A stretch of DNA of 64,000 bases from Alphaproteobacteria bacterium (lineage in GTDB: Bacteria; Pseudomonadota; Alphaproteobacteria; Bin95). Within the stretch, counting starts at the first letter, position 1. Every line of letters begins with the position of its first letter. Below, one piece after another: positions 1-9,824 of this stretch. Both the position numbers and the translations under genes were made by a program. The notes under the pieces were generated by a model. It had not been told where the DNA came from and made no database searches. It saw only the letters and a list, made by a program, of their open reading frames with translations. The stretch spans positions 13,633-77,632 of the forward strand of contig JAPORR010000028.1 in the NCBI GenBank assembly GCA_026710105.1, given 5' to 3'.

Positions 1-125
1 GCCGGAACCTTGTCCGGCCGGTTCAGCCGCGTCGTCGTCGGAGCCAGCGAACCATGCGGGCCAGACTAGCTACTTTCGGCCACACCTCGCAAGGGACTTC
101 ACAAGGGGCCCCCGGCGGTTCGTCG

Positions 126-800
126 TCACTTCAGCCAGATCGGGTCTTTCAGGGTAGCGATAAAGGCCTTATGGGCGGCGCGCTCCTCCGGCGTCGGCGC
201 ATGAGGGCGTGGCGGGCGGAACGGGGCGTTTACACGGTCTTCCCCGGTCGCCCCGACAGCGTCCGCAGCCTGGAATGCGAGACCCGGCTGGCGTCCTCCG
301 GTCAGATTCAGATAGACCTCTGCCAGCAGGCGGCAATCCACCAACGCGCTATGTTGGGTGCGGGTCGAAAGATCGATCTCAAACCGGTTGCAGAGTGCAT
401 CCAGGTTGTTCAGCGCGCCCTGGAAGCGGTTACGCGCCATTTGTAGCGTATCGATCAGCCGCTCCTCGGCGAGCGGCGGGAGGCCGAGCCGGGCGAATTC
501 AGCATTCAGGAAGCCTACATCGAACGGCGCATTGTGGATCACCAGGGGCGCATTGCCGACATAGTCGAGGAATCCTTCTGCAATCTCGGCAAAACGTGGT
601 TTGTCCTGGAGAAACTCCTCCGACAGCCCGTGGACGCGGTAGGCGGCTGCCGATATGTCACGCTCGGGATTGATGTGGCTGTGCCAATGCGACCCGGTCG
701 GAAGCCGGTGAACCAGCTCCAGGGCGGCGATCTCAACGATGCGGTCTCCTTCCTCTGCGTTAAGCCCGGTCGTTTCAGTGTCGAGGACGATCTCACGCAT
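126..800 (-). CDS. dnaQ: DNA polymerase III epsilon subunit (3'-5' exonuclease)
   Basis: N-terminus MREIVLDTETTGL and the exonuclease motifs of the DnaQ family; 224 aa; 8-nt overlap with coaE. Confidence 0.85.
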   Translation of the reverse strand: MREIVLDTETTGLNAEEGDRIVEIAALELVHRLPTGSHWHSHINPERDISAAAYRVHGLSEEFLQDKPRFAEIAEGFLDYVGNAPLVIHNAPFDVGFLNAEFARLGLPPLAEERLIDTLQMARNRFQGALNNLDALCNRFEIDLSTRTQHSALVDCRLLAEVYLNLTGGRQPGLAFQAADAVGATGEDRVNAPFRPPRPHAPTPEERAAHKAFIATLKDPIWLK

Positions 801-1422
801 TCCGCTCTCCTCTCTTGCTGAGCCGACGGCGCAGCATGATCCGCAACCGGTCGCGGGTCAGCCGTTTGCCGGCTCCTGTCGGGACCACGACATCGGCCCG
901 CTTGCGCTTCACCGCATCCGGCGTCTGCTGCGCGCGCACCTGTTCCAATCTTTCGCGGCTCGCACCGGGCCGGGCCAGCACGCGGGCTGCCTGGATATGC
1001 GCCGGTGCAGACACCACCACGGTCCAGTCGCAGCGCTTCTCGCCGCCGGTTTCGAAAAGCAGTGGCACATCGCGCACTGCCGCCGGTTTGCGCTCGCGTG
1101 CGGCACGGCGCAGGAAGGCCCGTTCGGCGCGGCCGACCAACGGATGCACGATGCCCTCCAACCGCCGGAGCGCCTGCGGGTCAGCGAAAACACGCGCGCC
1201 AAGCAGGGCCCGGTCAACCGCGCCTGCGGTTATCGTACCCGGGAAAGCTGCCTCTATCGGCGCGACGGCCGCTCCGCCTGGAGCCATCACACGGTGTACC
1301 TCGCCATCGGCGTCGAACACCGGCAACCCCGCTTCGCGCAGCATGGCAGCCGCGGTGCTCTTGCCCATGCCAATAGAACCGGTCAGGCCGATGATGCGGG
1401 GCAGGGTGCGGCGGCGGTTCAC
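793..1422 (-). CDS. coaE: dephospho-CoA kinase
   Basis: GLTGSIGMGKST P-loop at the N-terminus; ~209 aa; classic dnaQ-coaE linkage. Confidence 0.85.
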   Translation of the reverse strand: MNRRRTLPRIIGLTGSIGMGKSTAAAMLREAGLPVFDADGEVHRVMAPGGAAVAPIEAAFPGTITAGAVDRALLGARVFADPQALRRLEGIVHPLVGRAERAFLRRAARERKPAAVRDVPLLFETGGEKRCDWTVVVSAPAHIQAARVLARPGASRERLEQVRAQQTPDAVKRKRADVVVPTGAGKRLTRDRLRIMLRRRLSKRGERNA

Positions 1423-2258
1423 AGTCCGGCCAGCACATGCGCGCGAAGCGCCTCGTCCACGGCGGGGTCGGCGCCAAACCAGGCTGCGAAACCGGGTCGG
1501 GCTTGATGCAGTAGCATGCCGAGCCCGTCTACGGCGGTGAGGCCGTGCCGTCGTGCCGCAGCAAGCAGAGGCGTTTCCAGCGGCGTATAGACGATGTCGT
1601 TCACGACCGCGCCGGCAGGCAGGGCATCAAGCGCGATCTCGAGCGGCGGGCCGCCGTCCATGCCGAGGCTCGTTGCGTTGACTAGGAGGCCCGCCCCGTC
1701 GAGCGCCGCCTCCCGCTCATCCCAAGCGATGGCCGTGACGGGTCCGCCGATGTCATCCACAACCCTCTCGGCGCGCGCCGCTGTGCGGTTAGCAAGTCGC
1801 ACCTCGGAGGCGCCCGCATCGACCAGCGCCGCCACCACTGCTCGTGCCGAACCGCCGGCGCCAAGCACGACCGCCTTGCCTGGTCGCCACCCCGGCGCGG
1901 CAGCCCGCAAATGCTCCCGGAAGCCGTAAGCATCCGTATTACTGCCATGCAGAGAGCCATCCATCTCTGTAACTATCGTATTGACGGCACCGATGCGCCG
2001 GGCGAGCGGGTCGACTTGATCCACGGCGCACAACACCGTTTCCTTGTGTGGCAGAGTGATATTGGCCCCAGCCAATCCCAGCCGGGGCAACATGCGGATG
2101 ACGTCATAGACGTCTCCCGGACGCACGGGGAACGGAACATAGACACCGTCTATGCCGTAGCGCAGAAGCCAGTAACCATGGATGGCGGGCGAGCGCGAAT
2201 GCGAGACCGGCCACCCAATGACGCCGGCCACCTTCGCCGCGCCGGTCAGCATGCCCAT
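1419..2258 (-). CDS. aroE: shikimate 5-dehydrogenase
   Basis: VIGWPVSHSRSPAIHGYW motif and a GAGGSARAV Rossmann segment. Confidence 0.85.
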   Translation of the reverse strand: MGMLTGAAKVAGVIGWPVSHSRSPAIHGYWLLRYGIDGVYVPFPVRPGDVYDVIRMLPRLGLAGANITLPHKETVLCAVDQVDPLARRIGAVNTIVTEMDGSLHGSNTDAYGFREHLRAAAPGWRPGKAVVLGAGGSARAVVAALVDAGASEVRLANRTAARAERVVDDIGGPVTAIAWDEREAALDGAGLLVNATSLGMDGGPPLEIALDALPAGAVVNDIVYTPLETPLLAAARRHGLTAVDGLGMLLHQARPGFAAWFGADPAVDEALRAHVLAGL

Positions 2259-2857
2259 GCCGGCACCCCCTCGCTGCGCAGGAAGTCGAGCAACGGCAAT
2301 AGCGGCAGCCCTAACACGGTGAAAAAATCTCCCTCCACACGCTCGAACAATTGCGCCCCCAGCCCCTCAAGCTGGTAGGCTCCGACGGAGTCCAGCACCA
2401 TCTCCCCAGCTCCCGCCAGATAGGCGTCGATGGCTGCCGGCGTCAAACGGCGCATGGCAAGCCGGGCACGGTCGGTATGTTTCCACAGGACGAGCCCGTC
2501 CCTGAGCGCAAGAGCGGCCGTCACAAGCTCATGCTCCCGGCCCGAAAAGGCAGCAAGATGCGCGGCGGCCTCGCACTTGTCGCGCGGTTTATCGAAACGC
2601 CGGTCACCCATGACGAGCAATTGGTCCCCCCCAAGAACCAGACGGCCCGGATAGGTGGCCGATATGGCGGCGGCTTTCGCTTCAGCAAGCGCCAGTGCCA
2701 GAGAATCAGCGTCGAGGCCGGTGAATGCCGCTTTCACCGCGTCCTCATCCACGCCCGAGGCAATTCGTTCGACTTGAACCCCGGCCCCGGCAAGCAGCCG
2801 CGCCCGCACGGCGCTGGCAGAAGCCAGGATTGGTAATTCAGCCGGCTGCACTGTCAC
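2246..2857 (-). CDS. maf: Maf-like nucleoside triphosphate pyrophosphatase (septum formation protein Maf)
   Basis: LVLGGDQLLVMGDRRFDKP and the Maf family length (~200 aa). Confidence 0.8.
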   Translation of the reverse strand: MTVQPAELPILASASAVRARLLAGAGVQVERIASGVDEDAVKAAFTGLDADSLALALAEAKAAAISATYPGRLVLGGDQLLVMGDRRFDKPRDKCEAAAHLAAFSGREHELVTAALALRDGLVLWKHTDRARLAMRRLTPAAIDAYLAGAGEMVLDSVGAYQLEGLGAQLFERVEGDFFTVLGLPLLPLLDFLRSEGVPAWAC

Positions 2858-3722
2858 GGCTGCGCCCCTCCAGCAGGCGGATGATTCCCGCGGCGGTTTC
2901 CTCGATCGACCGGCGAGTCACATCGATAAACGGCCACCCCCTTTCGGTAAACAGCCGGCGCGCGGCGGCAACCTCGGTCCGCACCCGTTCGAGGTCCACA
3001 TAATTCGTCTGGCGCTGCTCGTACAGTGAGCGCAGGCGGTTGCGTCTGATCTGCACGAGCCGGTCGGGATCAACTGTGAGACCCATCACCAGCGGCCGTG
3101 TCAAACGGATCACCTCCTCCGGCAGCGGCACTTCGGGCACAAACGGCACATTTGCTGCCTTGTATCCGAGATTAGCGAGATAAATGCAGGTCGGTGTCTT
3201 GGAACTGCGAGAGACACCGATCAGAACGACATCCGCCTCGTCCAAATCGTCGCTCATCTGGCCATCATCATGCACCATGGTGAACTGCATAGCGTCGATG
3301 CGAGCGAAATAACGGTCGTCAAGCTTCTGGCGGCGGCCGGGTCGGTGATGCGCCCGCCGCCCGGCCCATTCGCTGATCGCGGTGACCGGCTCATCCAGTA
3401 GCGACACGAAGGGCGCACCCGCCTCACGGCAGGAAACTTCCAGCAAATGGCGGAGTTGATCGTTGACGACGGTCGCGAGCACCACCCCGGGCGCGGCACG
3501 AATCCCTTCGATCACGCCGAGAAGCTGGTCCGTATTACGGATCAGCACCCAGAAATGCTCCCGCACCGCTATGCCATCGAACTGACTGATGCAGGCCCGG
3601 CCGAGCGTGCGCACAGTCTCTCCGGTCGCATCGGAGACCAGATGCAAGTGAACGACCGGGCTATCCACGCAACCTCCGGGGAAAAGCGGTGCAAAACCGA
3701 ACCCGATTGATAACATACCCAA
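2838..3722 (-). CDS. pyruvate,phosphate dikinase / PEP synthase regulatory protein (DUF299 bifunctional kinase-pyrophosphorylase)
   Basis: VHLHLVSDATGET near the N-terminus and a GVSRSSKTPTCIYLA P-loop, typical of PPDK regulatory proteins. Confidence 0.75.
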   Translation of the reverse strand: MGMLSIGFGFAPLFPGGCVDSPVVHLHLVSDATGETVRTLGRACISQFDGIAVREHFWVLIRNTDQLLGVIEGIRAAPGVVLATVVNDQLRHLLEVSCREAGAPFVSLLDEPVTAISEWAGRRAHHRPGRRQKLDDRYFARIDAMQFTMVHDDGQMSDDLDEADVVLIGVSRSSKTPTCIYLANLGYKAANVPFVPEVPLPEEVIRLTRPLVMGLTVDPDRLVQIRRNRLRSLYEQRQTNYVDLERVRTEVAAARRLFTERGWPFIDVTRRSIEETAAGIIRLLEGRSRDSAAG

Positions 3723-3924
3723 CTATCCCGCCGCTTCCTCAAACCTTCCCCAGAGGGAAAAGGACAAGATCAATTCCGTGGATAAGGGGAGTAAAGGGAA
3801 TCTGGCATGGCTTTCTGTGCATGTGGGCAGGGGATAAGACCTGTTTCCACAGCCAGGAGCAGTTATATAAAAACAATAAATTAGACTCTCTTTATACTTT
3901 GGCAGAGAAAGCACTCCCGGCAGC

Positions 3925-4929
3925 ATGGTCAAACCCTTCTTGAAAGCCCTTGCAGGCGAAGCCGTGCGCCCAGCTCCCTTCTGGCTGATGCGGCAGGCCG
4001 GGCGATATCTGCCGGAATACCGCAAGCTGCGTGCCTCTACGGACAGTTTTCTCGACCTCTGCTTCTCGCCAGCGCTTGCTGCCGAGATCACACTGCAACC
4101 GGTGCGCCGCTTCGAACCTGATGCTGCGATCCTGTTCTCTGATATCCTGACAATTCCGCATGCCATGGGCCAGGAAGTGCGCTTCCTGGAAGGCAAGGGC
4201 CCGGTGCTGGGACCTTTTGATCCGGCGTCCTTGCAGCCCGTCGGCGGCCGGTTGGACTCCGTCTATGAAGCCGTGAGGCTGGTGCGCCGCAGCCTCACGG
4301 ATGAAGTGGCGTTGATCGGCTTCGCTGGCGCCCCCTGGACCGTAGCGGCTTACATGATCGAGGGCGGTTCCAGCCGCGACTGGCTCAAGGTCCGCCAGAT
4401 GGCACTCGGGGAGCCGGATGGCTTCGGAGCACTGATCGATAGGCTCATTGAGGCTACCATTGATTATCTCGCGGCGCAGGTGGAGGCCGGGGCCGAAGCG
4501 CTACAATTGTTCGACAGTTGGGCCGGTCTGCTGCCGCCTTCCGGCATCAGGCGCTGGTGCCTAGAGCCGGCGCGGCGAATCACGGCGGGGCTGAAGCAAC
4601 GTCATCCGTTCGTGCCCTTGATCCTGTTCCCGCGCGGGGCTGGTGCGCTCGCCGCCGAGTTCGCCGAGATCGGCGATTGTGTCGGCATCGACACGACCGC
4701 CGACCCTGCTTGGGCGGCCGGGGCGATTCAGGACAAGGCGGCGGTGCAGGGCAATCTGGACCCTATGCTTCTTGTTATCGGCGGTACCACTATGGAGCAG
4801 GCTGCAAGGGAGATCCTGTTTACGCTCCGGCAGGGTCCGCATATCTTCAATCTCGGCCACGGCGTCCTGCCGGCCACGCCGCCTGAGCATGTCGCCGCGT
4901 TGCGCCGGCTGGTACGGGAGGTGCTGTGA
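3925..4929 (+). CDS. hemE: uroporphyrinogen decarboxylase
   Basis: PFWLMRQAGRYLPEY and ILFSDILTIP HemE signatures; 334 aa. Confidence 0.9.
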   Translation: MVKPFLKALAGEAVRPAPFWLMRQAGRYLPEYRKLRASTDSFLDLCFSPALAAEITLQPVRRFEPDAAILFSDILTIPHAMGQEVRFLEGKGPVLGPFDPASLQPVGGRLDSVYEAVRLVRRSLTDEVALIGFAGAPWTVAAYMIEGGSSRDWLKVRQMALGEPDGFGALIDRLIEATIDYLAAQVEAGAEALQLFDSWAGLLPPSGIRRWCLEPARRITAGLKQRHPFVPLILFPRGAGALAAEFAEIGDCVGIDTTADPAWAAGAIQDKAAVQGNLDPMLLVIGGTTMEQAAREILFTLRQGPHIFNLGHGVLPATPPEHVAALRRLVREVL

Positions 4930-5942
4930 GCCGGCTGGCTGTTATCCTCTTCAATCTCGGCGGACCCGACAGCCCGGAGGCTGTCAAGCCGTTCCTGCGC
5001 AATCTGTTTTTCGACCCCGCCATCATTCCCGCCCCAGCACCCGTGCGCTTTCTGCTGGCGCGTTATATCGCCGGCAAGCGGACCGCGCCGGCGCGCGCCG
5101 TCTATGAACAGCTCGGCGGGTCGTCACCATTGCTGGCGCAGACCGAAGCGCAGGCCCGCGCGCTTGAGGCCGCACTGACGGCGCAGGGCCAGGAGGCACG
5201 CTGCTTTATCGCCATGCGCTACTGGCACCCGCGCGCCGCGGCGGCGCTGGCGGCAGTGCGCCTCTACGAGCCGGACGAGATCGTGGCCCTGCCGCTCTAC
5301 CCGCAATACTCGACCACGACATCCGGCTCTTCGCTTGCGGAGTGGCAGAAACTGGCTGGCGCGGATGCGAGGCTGCGGGTTCTGTGCTGCCATCCCCTGC
5401 TGGAGGGACTTGTGGAAGCCTGGGCCGGTCCACTGGCTGAAGCCGTGCGCTGCGCGCGCGCTGCTGCCCCGGTCCGCGTGTTGTTCTCGGCGCATGGCTT
5501 GCCGGAGCGGGTGGTTGCCAAGGGTGACCCCTATGCTTGGCAGGTGGCGCGCACCGCCGAGGCGTTGCAGGCGGCCGCCGAGGCGCGTCTGGATGGCCTT
5601 AGCGGAGTCGACTGGCGTGTGACTTGGCAGAGCCGGGCCACGCCCGAGAAGTGGCTCCAACCAGACACGGGAGTGGAAGTCGAGGCGGCGGCAAGGGAAG
5701 GGCTGGCGCTGGTATTGGCACCGATCGCTTTCATTTCCGAACATTCCGAGACGCTCGTGGAACTTGACCTCGAATACCGGGCCGTGGCGGAGCGCGCTGG
5801 CGCAGCGGCTTGGGAGCGTGTGGCGACGCCAGGCACGGCACCAAACTATATCGAGGCCCTGGCAGCGCTCGTGCTCGACTCGCAGCCACAGAAGCGCCTC
5901 TGTCCGGCTTCCTGCTCTGGCTGTCCAGTCAAGGCAGCATGA
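4926..5942 (+). CDS. hemH: ferrochelatase
   Basis: VILFNLGGPDS and LPLYPQYS motifs; 4-nt overlap with hemE. Confidence 0.9.
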   Translation: MSRLAVILFNLGGPDSPEAVKPFLRNLFFDPAIIPAPAPVRFLLARYIAGKRTAPARAVYEQLGGSSPLLAQTEAQARALEAALTAQGQEARCFIAMRYWHPRAAAALAAVRLYEPDEIVALPLYPQYSTTTSGSSLAEWQKLAGADARLRVLCCHPLLEGLVEAWAGPLAEAVRCARAAAPVRVLFSAHGLPERVVAKGDPYAWQVARTAEALQAAAEARLDGLSGVDWRVTWQSRATPEKWLQPDTGVEVEAAAREGLALVLAPIAFISEHSETLVELDLEYRAVAERAGAAAWERVATPGTAPNYIEALAALVLDSQPQKRLCPASCSGCPVKAA

Positions 5943-6253
5943 GCTAAGGATGGGGGACACCGTGTTTGCGGCAGACCGCCATCAACAGCCAGACCGACCA
6001 GGCGACCATGCAGACGGCCCATCTCCTCCGCTAGTGCCGGGAACAGCTCCTCTTGAAACTGATGCCAGAAATCGGATAGCTTCGCGCATAGGGTCATGGG
6101 GGTTGCCTTCTTGGTAGCTTGCAAACCCAAGATACCACAGGGTGACCTCGAAACCCGGACCGCCTCTACCCTGAAATCAGCTCATATCAGCGGAAATCAC
6201 CCTCCTTCGAACGGTTTTGCAAGAGGCCCTATCAGTCAAGAATATAGTTCCCC

Positions 6254-6700
6254 ATGAACTGGCTTTTCTCACTCTATCCTTGGGTCAAGGCGCTGCATAT
6301 TGGGGCGGTCATTTTCTGGATGGCCGCCATGCTCTATCTGCCGCGCCTGTTCGTCTATCATCTGGAGACCGAGCCGGGGGCGCCGGACAGCGAGCGCTTC
6401 AAACAGATGGAGCGCCGTCTGCTCAGGATCATCGCGAATCCGGCGATGATCGCAGCCTTCCTGTTCGGCGGTCTGCTGCTCTGGATCTCGCCGAATACGG
6501 ATTGGGCCTCGGGTTGGCTCTGGACCAAGCTCGCCGCCGTTGCCATCCTGTCCTGGCTACATCATCTCTTCGCGCGTTGGCGCAACCATCTCGCCGATGA
6601 CGGCCGGGGCCTTTCCACGCGCCGCTGCCGCCTGGCCAATGAAGGCCCGGCGCTGCTTACGCTCGCCATTGTCATCCTGGTCGTCGTCAAACCGTTCTGA
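6254..6700 (+). CDS. hemJ: protoporphyrinogen IX oxidase HemJ (CopD-like membrane protein, UPF0093)
   Basis: 148-aa four-TM protein with WVKALHIGAVIFWMAAMLYLPRLFVYH; follows hemE-hemH. Confidence 0.75.
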   Translation: MNWLFSLYPWVKALHIGAVIFWMAAMLYLPRLFVYHLETEPGAPDSERFKQMERRLLRIIANPAMIAAFLFGGLLLWISPNTDWASGWLWTKLAAVAILSWLHHLFARWRNHLADDGRGLSTRRCRLANEGPALLTLAIVILVVVKPF

Positions 6701-6717
6701 GAGGCCGGAGACCCCGC

Positions 6718-8163
6718 ATGGCCGCTGATGAACCGCGTTTCCTGATCGTGGCTATGGACGGGCTCAGGCCCGACATGATCTCCGAAGATGCCTGCCCGGC
6801 GGTAGCGCGCTTCATCGCCGAGGGCTGCCTATGGCCGCATGCGCGGACCGTTTTCCCGAGTGAGACCCGGGTGGTTACACCGACCGTTGCCACGGGCGCC
6901 TGGCCCGCCCGGCATGGTCTCGTCGCCAACACCTTCCCCATGCCCGGAGGTGGACTGCGGGTCAATACGGCGCCGGTCGAGGGCCTTCTGGCAGCAGTAG
7001 CACATTATGGCGATGCGTTGGTCGCCGCGCCGACGTTAGGCGACCGGCTTGCGGCAGCGGACAAGCGCATCGCCGTCGTCTCGGCGGGCACAGCAGGCAA
7101 CGCTTACTGCCTCAACCCCAGGGCGCGGGGGCGGGGTCAGCCGACTTTCTCCGTGCAGGGGCCGGACGTGAGCACCCCTGCCGCCGACCATGCCGGCGTC
7201 GAGGAAAGGCTAGGGCCGACACCGGCCCAGGCGCTGCCGAACACGGCGCGCTGCTGCTATGCGACCCGGGTGCTGCTGGAAGAGATGCTTCCCCGGCATG
7301 ACCCGCATGTCGCTGTCATCTGGTATTCCGAGCCTGATATCGCCATGCATTTTGCCGGCATCGGCTCGGACACCTGCCAGGATGCGCTTGCCTCTGTGGA
7401 CAGCGAGTTCGCGCGTCTGCTTTCTGCTCTCGACGCCAGGCCGGATGCGGCGCGCTGGAATGTCATCCTGCTTTCGGACCACGGGCAGGTAACGATCCGC
7501 GAGAAGCTCGACATGGCGGCGCAGATGCGCGCCGCCGGCTTCCGCGCCGGGCCCCGGATCGATGCTGACACCGATTATGCGGTGGTCTCGTCTTCCTGCG
7601 GCAATATCGTGAGCCGCGACGGCCAGATTGCCCGTCTAGCGGACTGGATGCGCGAGCAGCCCTGGGTGGGCCTGCTATTTTCGCGCGGGGCGAACGAGGT
7701 TGAAGGCCATGTGGCCGGCAGCTTCGCGCTCGGTCTCGTTGGTCTTGACCATGAGCGCACGCCGCATCTCGTCTACACGCTCGGCCAGGACGACAATCCG
7801 AACGCCTATGGGTTCGCAGGTGGTGCGGTCGCCGGGACAGATGACCCGCCGCCACCTGGTTTCGGTGGCATCCACGGGGGGGTGCATGCGAAGGAACTGG
7901 CTTGCTTGCTTGCGGCACGGGGGCCGCTCTTTCCTGCGCTGGCTTCTGCCGAGGCGGCTGTCGGCCCCATCGACATCGCGCCGACCGTGCTTGCGGCCTT
8001 CGGCATCGCGCCAGCGGAAACGGTTTCCGGTGGGCCCCTGGTGCGCCCCGGTCTGCCGCAGCGCCTGGTTTTCGAGACGGGCGCCGGCACTTATGCGGCG
8101 CGCCTCGCCATGCTGGAGATCGGCACCCGGCGCTATCTCGACTCAGGCCGCCGGGCTAGCTGA
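6718..8163 (+). CDS. alkaline-phosphatase-superfamily nucleotide pyrophosphatase/phosphodiesterase-like protein
   Basis: N-terminal FLIVAMDGLRPD metal-site motif of type I phosphodiesterase/NPP enzymes; 481 aa. Confidence 0.65.
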   Translation: MAADEPRFLIVAMDGLRPDMISEDACPAVARFIAEGCLWPHARTVFPSETRVVTPTVATGAWPARHGLVANTFPMPGGGLRVNTAPVEGLLAAVAHYGDALVAAPTLGDRLAAADKRIAVVSAGTAGNAYCLNPRARGRGQPTFSVQGPDVSTPAADHAGVEERLGPTPAQALPNTARCCYATRVLLEEMLPRHDPHVAVIWYSEPDIAMHFAGIGSDTCQDALASVDSEFARLLSALDARPDAARWNVILLSDHGQVTIREKLDMAAQMRAAGFRAGPRIDADTDYAVVSSSCGNIVSRDGQIARLADWMREQPWVGLLFSRGANEVEGHVAGSFALGLVGLDHERTPHLVYTLGQDDNPNAYGFAGGAVAGTDDPPPPGFGGIHGGVHAKELACLLAARGPLFPALASAEAAVGPIDIAPTVLAAFGIAPAETVSGGPLVRPGLPQRLVFETGAGTYAARLAMLEIGTRRYLDSGRRAS

Positions 8164-8975
8164 GCCTCGCGTTGGACGATATAGAAGGTGGATGCGAAGA
8201 TCACCGCGCCGCCGGCCAGGGCCCAGACAGAGGGCGTCTCGCCAAAGACCAGCATGGCGACCAGCACCATCATCGGTAGACGGGTAAACTCCCAGGGCAT
8301 CACCACGGTCAGGTCGGCGAGGAACAGGGCGCGGACGAAGGCCAGATGTCCGAGCGAGGCGACGCCGGCGAGAGCGACCAGCACGAACCAGATTTCCCAG
8401 CTGGGCCAGCGCCAGACGAACAGCGCGGGAGCCAGGGACAATATGGCAATGATGGCGGAGACGAGGAACACAATGCGTTCCGCCGGTTCGCGATGCGCCA
8501 AGCGCTTTAGCACGAGGGCCGATGCGGCGATCATCAGCGCATTGGTGAGGGCAAGGCCGGCGCCCGCATCGAGACCGGAAAGATCCGGGCGCAGCACGAG
8601 CATGGCGCCGAGGAAGCCGACAATGATGGCGGTCCAGCGCCGGGCGCGCACGGTTTCGCCTAGAAACAGCGCCGCGCCGACAGTGGCAAAGAGCGGCATG
8701 GTGAAAGACAGCGCGGTCACATCGGCCAGGGGCATGACGATGACGGCCCAGAAGCCGCAGATCATGCCGACCGTGCCGAAGACGCTGCGCAGGGTGTAAA
8801 GCCGCCAGGGAAAGTCTGGCCGCCGCAGCGCCGAGAGGTCCAGCCGCCGGAAGAAGGGGGCCATCAGGGCCAGCACCAGCAGGTTGCGGAAGAAGACGAT
8901 CTGGAACGGGTGCAACTCCGCCGAAGCGAAGCGGATGCACACGCTCATGCCGGTGAAGGCGGCCATCGCCGCCAT
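8133..8975 (-). CDS. EamA/DMT family transporter
   Basis: Ten hydrophobic helices and a duplicated EamA-like architecture; 280 aa. Confidence 0.7.
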   Translation of the reverse strand: MAAMAAFTGMSVCIRFASAELHPFQIVFFRNLLVLALMAPFFRRLDLSALRRPDFPWRLYTLRSVFGTVGMICGFWAVIVMPLADVTALSFTMPLFATVGAALFLGETVRARRWTAIIVGFLGAMLVLRPDLSGLDAGAGLALTNALMIAASALVLKRLAHREPAERIVFLVSAIIAILSLAPALFVWRWPSWEIWFVLVALAGVASLGHLAFVRALFLADLTVVMPWEFTRLPMMVLVAMLVFGETPSVWALAGGAVIFASTFYIVQREAQLARRPESR

Positions 8976-9025
8976 GGCGAGAATACCGGCCCTGGCTAAA
9001 GCCGGCAGGCGCCTCCAAGCCGGGA

Positions 9026-9637
9026 TCAGCCGAATAGTGGGGACTCGTCCTCGACAGGTTCGGATTCGAGCCGGGGTTGCTCTGCCGCTTCCAGCGCCTC
9101 GCGCTCCTCGGGCGTCAGCTTGGCGCGTGCCTTGGCTGTTTGCTCCGCAAGGTCGATATAGGTGCAGAGGCCGAGATCGACCGGGTGCTGCGGGCGGATA
9201 TTGCTCGTGTTCCAGTGCGTGCGCTCACGCACGGCGTTGATCGTGTTCTTGGTGGTGCCGATCAGCTTGCCGATCTGCGCGTCCGAGAGTTCAGCGCGAT
9301 TGCGGAGCAACCAGGCGATTCCGTCCGGTTTGTCCTGACGCTTGGCGACAGGCGTATAGCGCGGTCCGCTGCTGCGCGCCGTGGCACGCGGTGAATCCCG
9401 TTTCGCCATGTTGAGCCGGCTCTCCGGGAGGGCTTCGCAGCGGGCGATTTCCTCGCGGGTGAGTTCGCCATAGGTAATCGGGTCGCGGCCGTTGATGCCG
9501 GCGCCGATATCGCCGTCCGCCAGCGCCTGCACCTCCAGCATGTGCAGACCGCAAAACGCGCCGATCTGCTCGAAGCTGAGGCGTGTGTTGTCGATCAGCC
9601 AGACTGCTGTTGCCTTCGGCATAAGGGGCATATCCAT
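9026..9637 (-). CDS. DUF1013 domain protein (conserved alphaproteobacterial cytoplasmic protein)
   Basis: MPKATAVWLIDNTRLSFEQIGAFCGLH N-terminus, remembered as DUF1013. Confidence 0.55.
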   Translation of the reverse strand: MDMPLMPKATAVWLIDNTRLSFEQIGAFCGLHMLEVQALADGDIGAGINGRDPITYGELTREEIARCEALPESRLNMAKRDSPRATARSSGPRYTPVAKRQDKPDGIAWLLRNRAELSDAQIGKLIGTTKNTINAVRERTHWNTSNIRPQHPVDLGLCTYIDLAEQTAKARAKLTPEEREALEAAEQPRLESEPVEDESPLFG

Positions 9638-9824
9638 GACGGAGCGCTTCCGGTTAGGAGACTGTATAGTGCAGATTTAGAATGTTTAACTTCGATTGCA
9701 ACGGCTGGGAGATTCACGCTTGCCTGTCCGCCGTCCGTTCGCGCATGCTACGCTCCCCCGCACGGCGTCTGGCGCGGGGGTGCCTGTCCGCCGTCCCTGA
9801 CCCGTCAGTAGCAGGAGAGCCGCC

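Noticed and set aside
5846-6130. 94-aa minus-strand ORF overlapping the hemH 3' end (MTLCAKLSDFWHQFQEELFPALAEEMGRLHG...)
   Set aside because: It overlaps a solid gene on the opposite strand, third-codon-position GC is atypically low for this genome, and no family resemblance is evident. It is treated as part of the non-coding hemH-hemJ spacer.
8143-9018. 291-aa ORF on the minus strand overlapping the EamA transporter gene in another frame
   Set aside because: Arg/Gly/Pro-rich low-complexity translation typical of an off-frame read of GC-rich coding DNA. The in-frame EamA ORF has clear TM-helix periodicity.
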